DNA of 64,000 bases from assembly GCF_009914755.1 (NCBI RefSeq), contig NC_060929.1, one strand, 5' to 3'. Below, one piece after another: positions 1 through 12,635 of this stretch (its first letter is position 1; each line of letters begins with the position of its first letter). The position numbers and the translations under genes are program-made. The stretch is from the human T2T-CHM13v2.0 reference genome, Homo sapiens. A model generated the notes under the pieces. The model made no database searches. It was not told the origin of the DNA and saw nothing but the letters and a program-made list of their open reading frames with translations.

Positions 1-39
1 GGAAATAAGGGCTGGCCACTTTAAACAGGATTGTCAGAA

Positions 40-710
40 AAATCCCCAGGTCTCAGTGGCTTACTGAATAGAAGTCCATGTCTGTTATTTGAATCCAGTT
101 GGTATTGGGGGCGGGTGGCTCTGCTCCATGCAGTCACGCAGAGACCCAGGCTGATGGAGGCCATGGCCTCTTCAACATATGGCTTCCACGTCACCTAAAC
201 TGGATGTCTTAAACAACAGAAATTTATTGTCTCATGGTTCTGGAGGCTAGAAAGTTCAGGATCAGGGTGTTGGCAAGATTGGTTCCTCGTGAGGGTGCTG
301 GGGTAGAATCTGTCCCATGCCTCTCCCCCAGTGTCAGGTGGTTTGCCAGTGATCTTAGGCGTGGTTTGGCTTGGAGAAACATCACCCCATCTCTGCCTTC
401 ATATTCACATGGCATTCTCTGGGTGTATAAAAAGCTTCCCCTTTTTATAAGGATACCAGTCATATTGGTTCAGGGGCCCACTCTCCTCCAGTTTGACCTC
501 ATTTTAGCTAATTACATCTACAAAGACTCTATTTCCACTTAAGTCACATTCTGAAGTCCTGAGGGTTAAGACTTCAACATATAAATTTTTGTGGCCCAGA
601 ATGTAATCCTATAACACAGGGTCATGCCTAATTGTGAAGGAGGCTGGGGATATGTCTCAGCTGTGTGCCTGGAGGAGGAGGACACGTTTGATGAGCAGCT
701 AGCTGTCTCC
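40..710 (-). mobile_element. Old MaLR LTR (MLT1J/K-like), interrupted by a younger MLT1C-like LTR
   Basis: CTCTGCTCCATGCAGTCACGCAGAGACCCAGGCTG (~120-153) matches antisense MLT1J/K. Similarity resumes after ~617 (GGAGGCTGGGGATATGTCTCAGCTGTGTGCC). Confidence 0.6.
196..615 (-). mobile_element. MLT1C-like MaLR LTR
   Basis: CTTAAACAACAGAAATTTATTGTCTCATGGTTCTGGAGGCTAGAAAG...GTCACATTCTGAAGTCCTGAGGGTTAAGACTTCAACATAT...CCTATAACA resembles antisense MLT1B/C. Confidence 0.8.
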
Positions 711-1469
711 ATCACACCATGGAAGGTTGAAAGCAGAGTGACCAGGTGTGACCTGCACGAGACTGCGTTTCTCAGGTGCAGGGACTCATCTGGAACTGTC
801 CCTGAGTCTCCCTGCAGCAGCTCCAGGCCTGGGTCTGGAAACTCACTCATTTAGTGAATATCTGTCGAACGGAACTGGATTTGGGTTTCCTTGTGGGTAA
901 GAAGAGGGCAGGTGGTGCGAAGTTAGAGGATGTGGAATGTATAAGCAGAGTGGCTGAAACGATTTAGAAACAAAGCCGGGTGTGTGTGTTCATGTGTGAT
1001 AACTGCCTTGTGATTCTGGCTGGAAACCTACGGCAATTCTGCCAACTCTGACCAAAGCCAAAAATAAACAGCTACAGGATGAAAAGAAAATGTGTGTTTT
1101 CCTCAGTAAGACAATTCCCAATTGAGCAGAGAAAGTTTCGGTTTAAGGAAGACGAGAACAGAGACGCGTTCAGTTTCCTTTTCCCACATGGAACAGCCCA
1201 GCCCCTCATCCACTCCCCATCACTCAAACAGAGTCACAAGGAAGGAAAGACTTCATGGCTGAGGGACAGGAAGCCATTGGTAGAGGATGGATCGGTTTGA
1301 TATTCCTCTAAGGTTGTGAAAGATGGAGTGAGTGTTAGTGAAATTGCTGGAGGCTGATATCCTGGTGGGGAAACCTGGATTTATATCAGATGGGCAATTC
1401 TGACGACCCTGGAGGCCTTCCAGTTTCTGGCTGAAAGGCTACAGTGGAAGCCATCACAACACAAAGCAA

Positions 1470-1690
1470 TAGTGACAATGACTGCCACTTTCTGAGTGCT
1501 CCATATGTGCCAGAAACTGGACTAACTACATATCAACTGACTAAGTCTTTAAAACAGTGCACAGAGTTGCTGTTCCTTTCTGCAAGGAATCGGAACATCA
1601 GAGAAGCACAGTGGCTTGTTCAAGGTCCCACGCCAGGGATTCAGCCCCAGATCTGGCTGACGCCAGAGCCAACACCATCCCCACAGTGCA
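1470..1690 (-). mobile_element. MIR SINE fragment
   Basis: CTTTCTGAGTGCTCCATATGTGCCAG...CTTGTTCAAGGTCCCAC...GGGATTCAGCCCCAGATCTGGCTGACGCCAGAGCC. Confidence 0.65.
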
Positions 1691-1739
1691 GTGCCTCCCG
1701 TGACCACTCCCGTCTTCTACTGCCTGGGAGTTTGTAAAA

Positions 1740-2305
1740 TGCAGTGGCTGAAGGCAGGCACTATTGCATCAGACCTCCTGGCTTTGTATCCTGGCCCCTT
1801 GACTTTCTAGTGGGGTGGTTGCTTCACCTCTTTATGCCATGTCTTAGTTGGTTCAGGCTGCTATAACTGAATACCACAGACTGGGTGGCTTATACCACAG
1901 ATATTTCTCACAGTTCTGGAGGCTGAGAAGTCCAAGGTCAAGGGGCCAGAAGAGTCAGTGTCTGTTGAGGGCCTGCTTTCTGGCTCATGGATGGCGGTCT
2001 TCTCATTGCATCCTCACGTGGTGGAAGGGGCAAAGGGGCTCTCTGGAGCCTCTTTTCAAAAAGGCACTAACCCCATTCATGAGGGCTCCACCCTTGTGAC
2101 CTAATCACCTCCCGGAAGTCCATCTCTGAATACCCTCACTTTGGGGGTTAGGATTTCAACATACAAATTTGGGAGAAACACAAACATTCAGTCTATAGCA
2201 AGCCTCAATTCCCTTATGTAGAAAATAGACATAATAAAAGTAATTACTTCAAAGGCTGTTGTAAGCATTAGTTTAACTTAGCACGGTATTCAGCACACAT
2301 AAATG
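1740..2305 (+). mobile_element. MIR split by an MLT1A insertion
   Basis: MIR 5' part at 1740-1839; MIR core AGCCTCAATTCCCTTATGTAGAAAATAG resumes at 2201. Confidence 0.65.
1840..2200 (-). mobile_element. MLT1A/MLT1A0 MaLR solo LTR, full length
   Basis: TGTCTTAGTTGGTTCAGGCTGCTATAAC...AAACATTCAGTCTATAGCA with TG...CA ends, about 360 bp. Degenerate 5-bp TSD TGCCA/AGCCT. Confidence 0.85.
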
Positions 2306-2654
2306 GTAAAAAGATAGTCTTCTCTCATTGCGAGTTCATTCACACACTTATTTCAATTTTCAACTGACATGCCACCTCTTCAGAGAAGCCTTTCTTGATC
2401 ACCCTGTCTCAATTGGCCTTGCCAGACCTTCTGGCAACCAGACTGTTTATTTCTTTCCTGGCACTCCTCCTCTGCCGCGTGTTAGCTGTCCTAGCCCCTC
2501 ACTGACTTAGTTTACTCTTCTGAAAAATGGGAGAACCGTGGCACCAGTTTCATGGACTTACTGTGAGGATAAAGTGTCCAGTGCTTAGCACAGCCCCATC
2601 CCTCAAAAGTTGTGTCAACTGCCACCTTTTCTCTACCCAGGTCTGCTCATCAAC

Positions 2655-2839
2655 CAGTGCTTCTCAAAGTGAGGGCTCCAACCAGCCGCTTGGCAGCCCT
2701 GGGGAACTTACCAGAAACACCAATTCTTGGGACCCAGCCCAAACTTGCTGAATCAGAAATTCTGGGGGCGGAGCCCAGCGATCTGCATTCTAAGAGCCCT
2801 CAAGGTGATTCTGACACGCGTTCAGGTTTGGGAACACTG
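2655..2839. mobile_element. MER5A (hAT-Charlie MITE)
   Basis: Inverted ends CAGTGCTTCTCAAA...TTTGGGAACACTG, internal GCTGAATCAGAAATTCTGGGG and AGGTGATTCTGA, about 185 bp. Confidence 0.85.
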
Positions 2840-2869
2840 CTTTTCCTGCCTGAGTAGAAGAACAAATAC

Positions 2870-3036
2870 ATCACTGATTATGAGACACACCATTATTTCA
2901 TATTCCGCTAAGACAGGAAGAACACTGTCAACTAAATTATAATGCAGTCCTGTCTTATCATCATGATTCTAAAGACATTCTTATTTCAGAGATGCTAAAA
3001 TGTGAAAAGAAAATTGCATCTTGGCATCAATGAAAT
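2870..3036. mobile_element. MER104-like (TcMar-Tc2) MITE
   Basis: ATTTCAGAGATGCTAAAATGTGAAAAGAAAATTGCATCTTGGCATCAATGAAAT resembles the MER104 terminus. Confidence 0.55.
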
Positions 3037-3092
3037 TTAACATTAGGAATAGTTAGAGGATGAGAAACTGAGGTCTCGCTCATCTCTCCTCT

Positions 3093-3240
3093 CTAGTGGT
3101 TCGCAGCCCTGACTGCACGGGAGACTCACCAGGCTGTGCATTAGAGTTAAAAAACCCTCATGTGCCATCTGCACCCAGATGGACCACAGCAGGATCTCTG
3201 GGGCTGGACCCAGGCATCAGTAGTGCTTAAAACTCCCTGC
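3093..3240. mobile_element. MER5-family (MER5B/A1-like) fragment
   Basis: TAGTGGTTCGCAGCCCTGACTGCAC...ATCTCTGGGGCTGGACCCAGGCATCAGTA...AAACTCCC. Confidence 0.6.
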
Positions 3241-3649
3241 TCCAAGTCAAATTTCTACCCTTTCCTACCATATGCAGAGATGAAATCAAGCTTCCTGGCT
3301 TCTAAACAAATAAAACCCTGTCCCAACAGGTGCCAATCAATGTTTCTCATGGGCCTTTGGCATCTCAGTGACAATGGCATGCAGGACGCACCCAGGCTGG
3401 TTTCTACTTCTTGACTTTCTGCCAGGGCTGAAGGTGTTTCCCCGCTCCACCGCAGTGGCTTAGAGGAAGTCAGTTTCATTTGCACCCTTCTAAATCCTGA
3501 CCTGGGAGCCTTTTTGCTGATATAAACCTCCTTCCCTGATGGTGCAAGCTGAGCTCCAGCAAGATCTGAGAATCAAGAAGGTGGGGTTGAACTATTGATG
3601 AAGTCTGGGGATTAAGGTATTCTCCCCTGGGACCTGGGATACGAGGAAA

Positions 3650-3830
3650 TATTTATTGTGCGTTTACTAAGAGCTAGATCTACGTGTGACCTCATTTCAT
3701 GCTTGTTCTAGGAGGTAGATTTCATTCCTATTTTATAGAAAAAGAAACTGAGGGTCAGAGAGGTGAAGGGACTTGTCCAGGGCCACAGTGAATAGTAGAG
3801 CCAGAATTTGGATCCAGGACTCTGATTCTA
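3650..3830 (-). mobile_element. MIR
   Basis: CCTATTTTATAGAAAAAGAAACTGAGGGTCAGAGAGGTGAAGGGACTTGTCCAGGGCCACA is the antisense MIR core. Confidence 0.8.
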
Positions 3831-3959
3831 TCCTCTATACAAATGCTTGTCTCCTTCCTTGGGTCATGAGCCTTAGGTTTCAGAACATGGGAGTTAGATG
3901 CAGGCATTCTGAATAACTCATTCTATTTTCAGTAAAAATGAAGAGAGCTCCTTAGTAAA

Positions 3960-4122
3960 GGCTGATATTTGTATGCTACTCTGAGTTGGTACTTTACATA
4001 CAGTGCCTTATTTAGTCCTCACAACAACCCTGCCAATGAGATGACATTGTCCCCAATGCACAGATGAGGAAACTGAGGCAGATAACATTGTCCCCAATGT
4101 ACAGATGAGGAAACTGAGGCAG
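3960..4122 (-). mobile_element. MIR with an internal 41-bp tandem duplication
   Basis: CAGATGAGGAAACTGAGGCAG core is present twice, in units 4039-4079 and 4080-4120. Confidence 0.8.
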
Positions 4123-5116
4123 GGAAACAAGGATGACTACTCTGTGTTCCCACCTGGGACCCTGCCTAGGAGGAAGAGAGATCCTGATGATACCACTGGT
4201 GGGAGTGGCTCTGCGGCTCTCTTGGTGGGACATGAGCTCCCTGGGGGCAGTGATGTGTGTGATTTGTCTCTGCACCCCCAGCCCCAGCACTGGGCTTGGC
4301 CCAGAGCAGACGTTTAGTAAAATTAAAAGCCAAATTGTCAGCGAGGGAAGTGTTTTGTAATCTGAGGATTATCAGACTAGTGCTAGCTATTCTTATTCTT
4401 TATTCAAATAACAATACAATTGTCTGAGACCAGTTTGGAAAATGGGTGGCCTGAAGATGTTGTTGGCCTGCCTGAAACTCAGAGAATTTTGTGTAAAATT
4501 GCTTATTTCTAGTTTCTCTAGAATACTTGAAAGCCCTAGCAACACTAGAATCACTTACGCATGTCGCAGGAAGAGCAACCAGCTGGAGCCGAGGAGACAC
4601 TCTCCATGAGAAAAGGTGCAGGCCCAGCAGTTTACCACAGGCCCTACCATGCCCTGTCATCTTGCACCCAGCAAGCGTCACTGTTCACTTTTCCCAGTAG
4701 GCACCTGTAGGAAATGGAGTTTGCAACAATTGCTTTAGGGCTTAAATTGCAAGAACAATAATAGATGCATTTTGAAACAGGCATCGTAAATGGGCATAGC
4801 TGGCAAAATACAGCAGCTCCTTGGGAGGTCAAAGCCATATCGACTGGCAACCTTTTGATCAGGAAAAAACCCTAGTGCAAATTGGTGACGATTTCCAACC
4901 AGATAAGCAGCAACCCCTGTGGCCTGGACCATCCATGACCTTGAGCTCCCGGGAACAGCACTCTGTGGGCTGTCAGAGCAAATATGAACACCGTACAAAA
5001 ACAGGGGAGAGGACTGAGGTGTCAGGGGAAGTCGCCTCGGTCATCTGTTCAGTTCTGTTTATGGTCCAAGTGATTTTGTGCAGAGCCTTGCAAAGAAGAT
5101 TTAAAAGAACTCGATG

Positions 5117-5609
<493 letters not shown>

Positions 5610-5619
5610 TTAAAGAGCT

Positions 5620-5790
5620 GTGAATGTACTAGGTGCTCATCTCTTCCTTACAACCCTGCGGTTGTGGGGGATCTGATTCCCATTTTGCAGATGAATAAAC
5701 TGAGGCTGAGGGAGGGGAAGTCTCTTGTTCAAGATCACACAGCTGGGACGTAGCAAAACCAGGATGGAACTTTACCAGTTACTGGGAGGG
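5620..5790 (-). mobile_element. MIR
   Basis: CCCATTTTGCAGATGAATAAACTGAGGCTGAG...CTTGTTCAAGATCACACAGCT. Confidence 0.75.
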
Positions 5791-5899
5791 ATGGAGCCTT
5801 TGACTTGCCCACTGGTCCCCAGGGGAGGGTACCCCAGGTTCCTTCCCCATCCTGTACTCTGGGAGTCTGGGGGTGATGTGTGACGAATGTGAAAACACA

Positions 5900-6600
5900 C
5901 TCGCTTTGTTGGCCTCCCAGAATTCTCCCCACAGCCCTGACCCTCCTTCCTGAGTTCCAGCTGCTCACCGAGGGATCAGTGGACAAGCAAGCCCCACCTG
6001 ACATCTTCCTCCCCAGGCTCAAAGCACTGCCAGGAGGGCGCCCTCGCTGCTGCCTGATTCTGCCTCTGCCTGACTTCCCAGTGTCTGAAAAATGGGCCTG
6101 CTCTTTGTCCTGTAAATAACTCCAAACTTTGAGAACTTCCTGATTCCACTCTCCAATTCTATCAGTTGTCAGGTTATACTGATGTATGTGTGCGCGTGTG
6201 TTTTGTACTTTCTTCCCCTTTATCTCTCCACTTGCATCCTCTTTGCCCTGCCCTATCTGGGTCTCATGATTTCTCTCCTGGGCCCAGGCATAAGCTTCCA
6301 CACTGGTCTTCCTGCCTTGCTCCACCCAGCCATCCTCCACCCAGCAAGCTCCCCAAAGTCAGAAGTTACAGGCAGATGCTTCAAGGAGGCACTCAAGGCG
6401 TTGCTGCCTGTCTTCCCATTCTCCTCTTCCACCTCATCCCTACATCATCTGATCTGGACGATGTGCTGTTTTCTAAATTCATCCTCAGGGTTCCCACTAC
6501 TGCGCTGGCTAGTGTTGTTCCCTCTGCTTAGTATGCCCTTCCTAACCCATCTTGGCTTGTTAGGAATACGTTTGTCTTTCCTGCCCATCCTCAAAAGACC
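5900..6600 (+). mobile_element. L2 fragments
   Basis: Pyrimidine-rich L2 3' region motifs, e.g. TTCTCTCCTGGGCC...ACTGGTCTTCCTGCC...CCATCCTCCACCCAGCA. Confidence 0.55.
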
Positions 6601-6804
6601 CTTCTTTTACAGGATCTGCCTCTTTAATCAATGGAGGAAAACGCATGGGTTTTGAGCCTCAGATTTGCAACCCAGCTCTGGAAATCACTTCTTGGAGCAG
6701 CAGTACCTCCATCAGTTATGCCAAGATAATAACCTCTAGCTCCTAGGGTTTTGGAGTGGGGAGGTTAGAGATGATCCTGGTGAAGGCTTGAGAAACCATA
6801 ACAC

Positions 6805-6839
6805 TTCAGTAAAGAGTAATTTCAGTAAAGAGTAATTTC
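6805..6839. repeat. Perfect 16-bp tandem duplication
   Basis: TTCAGTAAAGAGTAAT x2 plus TTC. Confidence 0.9.
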
Positions 6840-6907
6840 TCTCTAGTGTTCTTAACCTCTGAACACATCACAAGCTGCTCAATAGCTAAGCCAAAGTGAG
6901 GAGTGGG

Positions 6908-7458
6908 TCTATCAATCAGAACTTTTTGGGTGGCAAGTGACAGCAACCCAACACAAACTGACTCAGAAATAAGGAGATGTATTGACTCATGTCAATGAAA
7001 AGCACAGGGGTAGGGCTAACTTCAGGCTCAGCTGGATCCAGGACCACAAATGACATCACTGGATTGTTTTCTTTCTCCTGCTTGTCCTTTTTCTCTATCT
7101 CTCCCTATTGTTTTCTTCCGTTTTAGCTTTTTGGTTTCTCATTTAGACTCTTCCCATATGGGGACTCTGCACAGTCCCTACTCACATCCTGATAGCTTAG
7201 CAACCCTGATGGAAAAAGAGAGCCGGCTTTTCCAAAGTTCCAGCACACAGGCCCCCAGCTGACTGACTGCATTGGCTGGTCGCATGCATGTCAGTGACCC
7301 AAACCTGTCAATGTCCACTCTTGAATCAGAGGGCTGTGGGCAGTCCCACCGGAACCACATGGGCTGTGGATGGGGAAGGGCTGGTTCCTGAGGAAACTCA
7401 GGGTGCTTTAACTGGAAGAGTAGGGAATGAATGTTGAGCAGACAGAAAAATATCCACA
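6908..7458 (-). mobile_element. MLT1K/L-like MaLR LTR
   Basis: TTTTGGGTGGCAAGTGACAGCAACCCAACACAAACTG...CTTCAGGCTCAGCTGGATCCAGG...ATGAATGTTGAGCAGACAGAAAAA. Confidence 0.7.
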
Positions 7459-7864
7459 CAGCGGATGGAAGCAGAACGAATGTGCAGTTAGTTATGCTTG
7501 CAGACAATTGTACGAGAGTGTCCTGGTATGTTCTGCCCACTGGCTCTGCAAGGGCAGGGCCTACCTTCCAAACTCACATAACACGTGATCCTCCAGACAC
7601 ACCTATGGGATAGAAGGTCCCCTCTCCTCTTCCAGTCTCTAGTGACAGCCTCACAGCTGCCCATTGCCCGTCCTATTTCTCCCTAGCCATCCCTTTCTGC
7701 TTGCTGGTGCCTTCTGAGTAGCAGGGTGATTCCAGTGCTGCTGGCCACTCATTCACAGCACTATCTTGAACAGATTACTGGGCCTCTCTAAAATGCCGCT
7801 TGTTTTGTCTACACATTGAGTGCTCCAATAAGAAAATGGCCAGTTACCCAACACTGCGGAAATG

Positions 7865-8085
7865 ATAACAGTGGTTAACATTTATGAAGGGCTCACTTAC
7901 TGCCAGGGCTGAGCCTTTATTAAGTGCTTTTTGTGCATAATCTCATTGAATCCTCTCAATGACCCTACTGGGAAGGTACCATCATATCCATCCCTGTTTA
8001 ATAGATGAGAAAGCTGAGCTCAAAGAGGTCAAGCACCTTGATTCAGGCCATACAACTAGTAGATGCTACAGCTAGAATTTGAGCA
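7865..8085 (-). mobile_element. MIR
   Basis: AACATTTATGAAGGGCTCAC...AATCTCATTGAATCCTC...AGATGAGAAAGCTGAG. Confidence 0.75.
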
Positions 8086-8269
8086 CAAACTACCACCTGT
8101 TACCCCCAAAACCCATAGAAATAAAAATTTAAAAAGGCATAATCTTGTCCCCTCCTCTCAAAATGTCCCTTCCTCTTTGAGACCCTCTCTAGCCTCTGAA
8201 TGGTGAGCTGCCATGCTGTGTGTTCCCACAGCATGATATAGGAATGACCCCGCACACCCTGTATTCACC

Positions 8270-9062
8270 AGGGATCTTTCAGTTGCGAGTGTCAGAAACC
8301 CGACCCTTACAGCAGGATGATGTAGTTAAGAACAAATAATATCTACTCGAAAATTGCTAAGAGTGTAGATCTTAAATGTTCTCACCACAAATAAGCAAGT
8401 ATATGCGGTGATAGATATGTTAATTAGCTTGATTTAATCATTTCACAATGTATATTACACATATATCATGTGTATAATATACATAATATATGTATACAGC
8501 CATATGATCTATGTATACATATATCAAAACATCATGTTGTTTGATGTAAATATATGCAATTTTATTTGGCATTAAAAAATATCAATAATAAAAAACCCAA
8601 CTCTGGCAGGTCTTAACCAAAAAGAAACTTTAAGGCTCACAAAACTCAAGTGTCTAAGGCTCATAAAACTCAGACACATCTTGATCCAGGTACTAATAAA
8701 AGATCAATGAGAAACTGCCTTATCTTTGTGTTGGGCTCATTTTAATATAGCCGCTGGTAACTTTGAACTTACATTCCACCAGATAAGTAACACCATGGAA
8801 AAAGAAAGCATTTCCCCCGAAAAGTTCCTGCAAAAAATATCAGGACTGATGCTTGCTGGCCTGGCTTGGGCAGGTGCCTGCGTTGACCCCAGCACTGTGA
8901 CGTGAAGAGGCCCGGCAAGGGCTGTGTTTCCCTGCAGGTGGATGTGCACAGCCCCTTTAATCACACGGACTGAGCATGGGATGGGTGAGGGAGGATTCCC
9001 TGAAGAAAATCAAGGGCTGTGACCAAAGAAAGGAGAGTTGGATGCTGGACAGAAAACAGTAA
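8270..9062 (-). mobile_element. MLT1K-like LTR interrupted by an L1 3' end
   Basis: GATCTTTCAGTTGCGAGTGTCAGAAACCC, resuming at ACCCAACTCTGGCAGGTCTTAACC, and ending GGATGCTGGACAGAAAA. Confidence 0.65.
8308..8595 (+). mobile_element. L1M (L1MA/MB-like) 3' end with TA-rich insert
   Basis: AAAATTGCTAAGAGTGTAGATCTTAAATGTTCTCACCAC...TTAATTAGCTTGATTTAATCATTTCACAATG. Degenerate TSD AAACCCGACCCT (8296-8307) / AAACCCAACTCT (8593-8604). Confidence 0.85.
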
Positions 9063-9067
9063 CAACC

Positions 9068-9443
<376 letters not shown>

Positions 9444-9774
9444 TTAGGGCAGGGCCTGAGTCTAGGCACCCAGCATGGGATTTGACATCACTGAATGTGA
9501 AATAGCTGAGAAAATAATCAACAATAAACTTTTTGCAGGAAAAAAGGACAGATATCAATGTTCTTAAAGAGGGAGACACTGCACAGAGTATCTCCAGACA
9601 GATTTCCCTAGGAGCCTGGGTTCACCATGCCTGGGCTGTGTGCCTCCAGGCAAGTCACACAGTGTCTCTGTAGCCTCTGTTCCCTCCTCGGTGAAAATGA
9701 TGAGGACACCAGCTATCATGCAAGTTTGCTGTAAAAAAAAGGTAATAATAAGATAATGTATATTCAAAAGATAA

Positions 9775-10101
<327 letters not shown>

Positions 10102-10254
10102 TAATTTTCATTCCCCTCCAGAATGTCTGGGTGTGCTATCACCAGCTGTGCAACATTCTTGAAGAGAGAAACGAATGTGGCCTGGTAGATAAAAGTGTTC
10201 AAACATTAATAAATTTTGGTTTGTACAAAAAGGTGGCAAAGCATTGGAGGGATC

Positions 10255-10770
10255 CTTTTCATTCACTCTTTTACACGTTCACTTGGGAATTTCTTCATCC
10301 AAATATGAGTTGGGCGTCTTCCCTGTGTTCAGACAGCATTGTAGGTATTGGGAATGTGGCAGTGGGGAAAATGGCATGGTACTGCCCTCACGAAGCTGAT
10401 CACCCAGCCAGGAGACGGGCAAGTAAATAACAGAAGAGAATCAGTTCAGATGATGAGCAGCACCACGTGAGGAAAGGAAAAATGAGCCGTAGCCCGGGAC
10501 AGATGGGCCAGGTGTATGTGGGGGTGGTGGGTGGGGGCCACTTTGGCTGGACGGTCAAAGAAAGCCTCTGCAGAGGAGACACTCGAGCTGAGGATCAAGA
10601 CAGAACCAGCCAAGGAGGGTTTGGGAGCAGAGCCTCACATGGTGGGTACAGCAGGGTCTGAGCCGTGGCAGCTCAGGTTTGGGGTGTTCAAGGAACAGAG
10701 AGAAGGCCAGGGTGTGGGGTGTGTGGGGGGTTGGAGTGCACAATGAGTGAGAGAGAGGAGATGGGGGGAA
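10255..10770 (-). mobile_element. L2 3' end
   Basis: CATTCACTC...CTGTGTTCAGACAGCATTGTAGGTATTGGGAATGTGGCAGTG...CTGCCCTCACGAAGCT, followed by purine-rich antisense L2. Confidence 0.7.
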
Positions 10771-12439
10771 TCAGGTGCATCCAGGGGGTGGGCAGGAGCT
10801 GGGGCTTATCAGAGCAGACACACCATACATGAAGGAAGCTTGGCCAACTAGGAGGATCTTGCAAACCCCACCCTCTTGCCACTGTCCTGGGCTTGGGGCC
10901 CAGCTAAGAAGGGCCCGAACAGTGAGAATGGGTCAAGGGATGCACACAGCCACTGTCCACACCCTGGCCTCCTAGGGGTGATCCTTTCTTGTTTAGGTGA
11001 CAAGGATGTGTGAGGGCTGCTGTGATTTTTGAGAGACCTACAAGCCCTGGAGAGGAGGAAGGGATCAGAGAGCCAGACCTGCTCCCTTCAGCCGACACAT
11101 GCCTGGAAGGTTAGAAGGTTAGTTTGCTGGTAAGCGGGTGAGATCAAGCTGGGGTTGTGTGTATTTGCAGAGAGAACCACTAGGAGTTTGGAGTTTTAAA
11201 ACCATGATATGAGGGCTGGCAGGGAGCCTGCAGGAGGGTCTGCTGAGACGACACTGTGGCTGGGGCACAATCCAGGATCATTATTGAAGAAAGAGGCTGC
11301 CCCGAGGACCCCCCGGCTCCTCCTGCTCCCTCTGGTTTCCTGGTTAAATTTGCAGCTGCCCTGCACTTGAGCCAAGCCCATGCACTTTAAAGGAAGCATG
11401 AAGAGCCCCCAGCTCTGCAGGGCTGCTGTCATGGAGGAGCTCCTGCTGGTGGATGGCCTTTCAGTGCGAAGGGTGAGAAGACAGCTTCCTGTGGTGCCCA
11501 GAAGGAAATGTCACCAGTGGTTTCCACAGTGGAAGCCATGGAAAGCCAAATCCAGGCAAATAAATCCCGCTTGGGCATTAATAGCATGGGGACAACAGAC
11601 GCCCCTTTTGTACCTGGGACAGTAATCACTATAAGGGAACACTGCGGTTGTCAGGCCCGCCTGGGATCTAGATGGGCATGCTATTGATTGGTTTCCCCAC
11701 TCCCCGGCCACACACACAGAACCAAAGCTGCTTTTTAAATCAGGAGCATTCTATGAAGCGGGGGGCTTTTTGTTCTGCTGAGACTATGATGGGTTTGAAG
11801 TTTGGGGAACAGGACTGTGGGTAAATTACTCTAACAGAGGGAGGGAGAAATGCTAGAAATCCCTGAGAATTTGGGCAGGGAGGGGATAATAAACAGGTAG
11901 TGGGAAATGGGAGGAGAGAAAGAAGACATGAAAACAGCAAGAGGTTGTTCGGGGGTGTGATGTGACTCCTCTTTATCCCTCACAAGTGGTCAGTAAAAGC
12001 CACCAAATGCATAAAATAGGAGCGGACTTTCCAGCTGGGACAGGTGAATCCCAGCGGGATTGCATGAGGCTGTTTTCCTCACATCGTGGGAGACTGGAGG
12101 AGGCAGTTGCTGGTGTCGGCTTGGAGGTTCCAGGATGGCAGGGGGTCTGTGCAGCTTAAAGGCTACTGGGAACTGCGGTGTTCTAGCTGGTGCTTTGCGG
12201 GATGCCATAGGCAGGGCTCTAGTCCTGGAAGGAAGCGGAGCATGGAGGTGGGAGGAACACAGCAGTCTCTGTGGTGTGGGGCAGTTTCAGGTCTGGGGAC
12301 ATGCAGCAGCATGTGGGCATGCCATGGGGGAAGCTAGAGCCCAGGAAGGGCAAGAGGCCAGACAAGGGGGGCTCCCAGAGAATTTGCAGAAATCTAGGGG
12401 AAGACTTTGGACTTGGATTCAAGTCAGTTTTAGCCAGAA

Positions 12440-12635
12440 TTTGAGCCGCATGAAGACCACCATGACATTATAACCAAGATGTGGCTTTGCGCAAATCACT
12501 TTTCCTCTCTCTAAACCTCAGTTTTTCCATCTCTAAAGTGAGGGTGATAGTCCTTACCCAACAAGATTGTTGCGAGGCTGCAATGGGGACATGAATGCCA
12601 GTCTTGGCCCAGTGCCTGGCGACTAGTAAACAGTT
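12440..12635 (+). mobile_element. MIR
   Basis: CCTCTCTAAACCTCAGTTTTTCCATCTCTAAAGTGAGGG...CAGTGCCTGGC. Confidence 0.75.

Noticed and set aside
6035-6046. 12-bp palindrome GAGGGCGCCCTC / CTCF-like site
   Set aside because: Palindromes this short are expected by chance in 64 kb, and the CTCF core spacing does not fit.
5735-6655. 201-aa and 157-aa ORFs
   Set aside because: They overlap L2/MIR relics, show purine/pyrimidine strand bias and have no recognisable domain.
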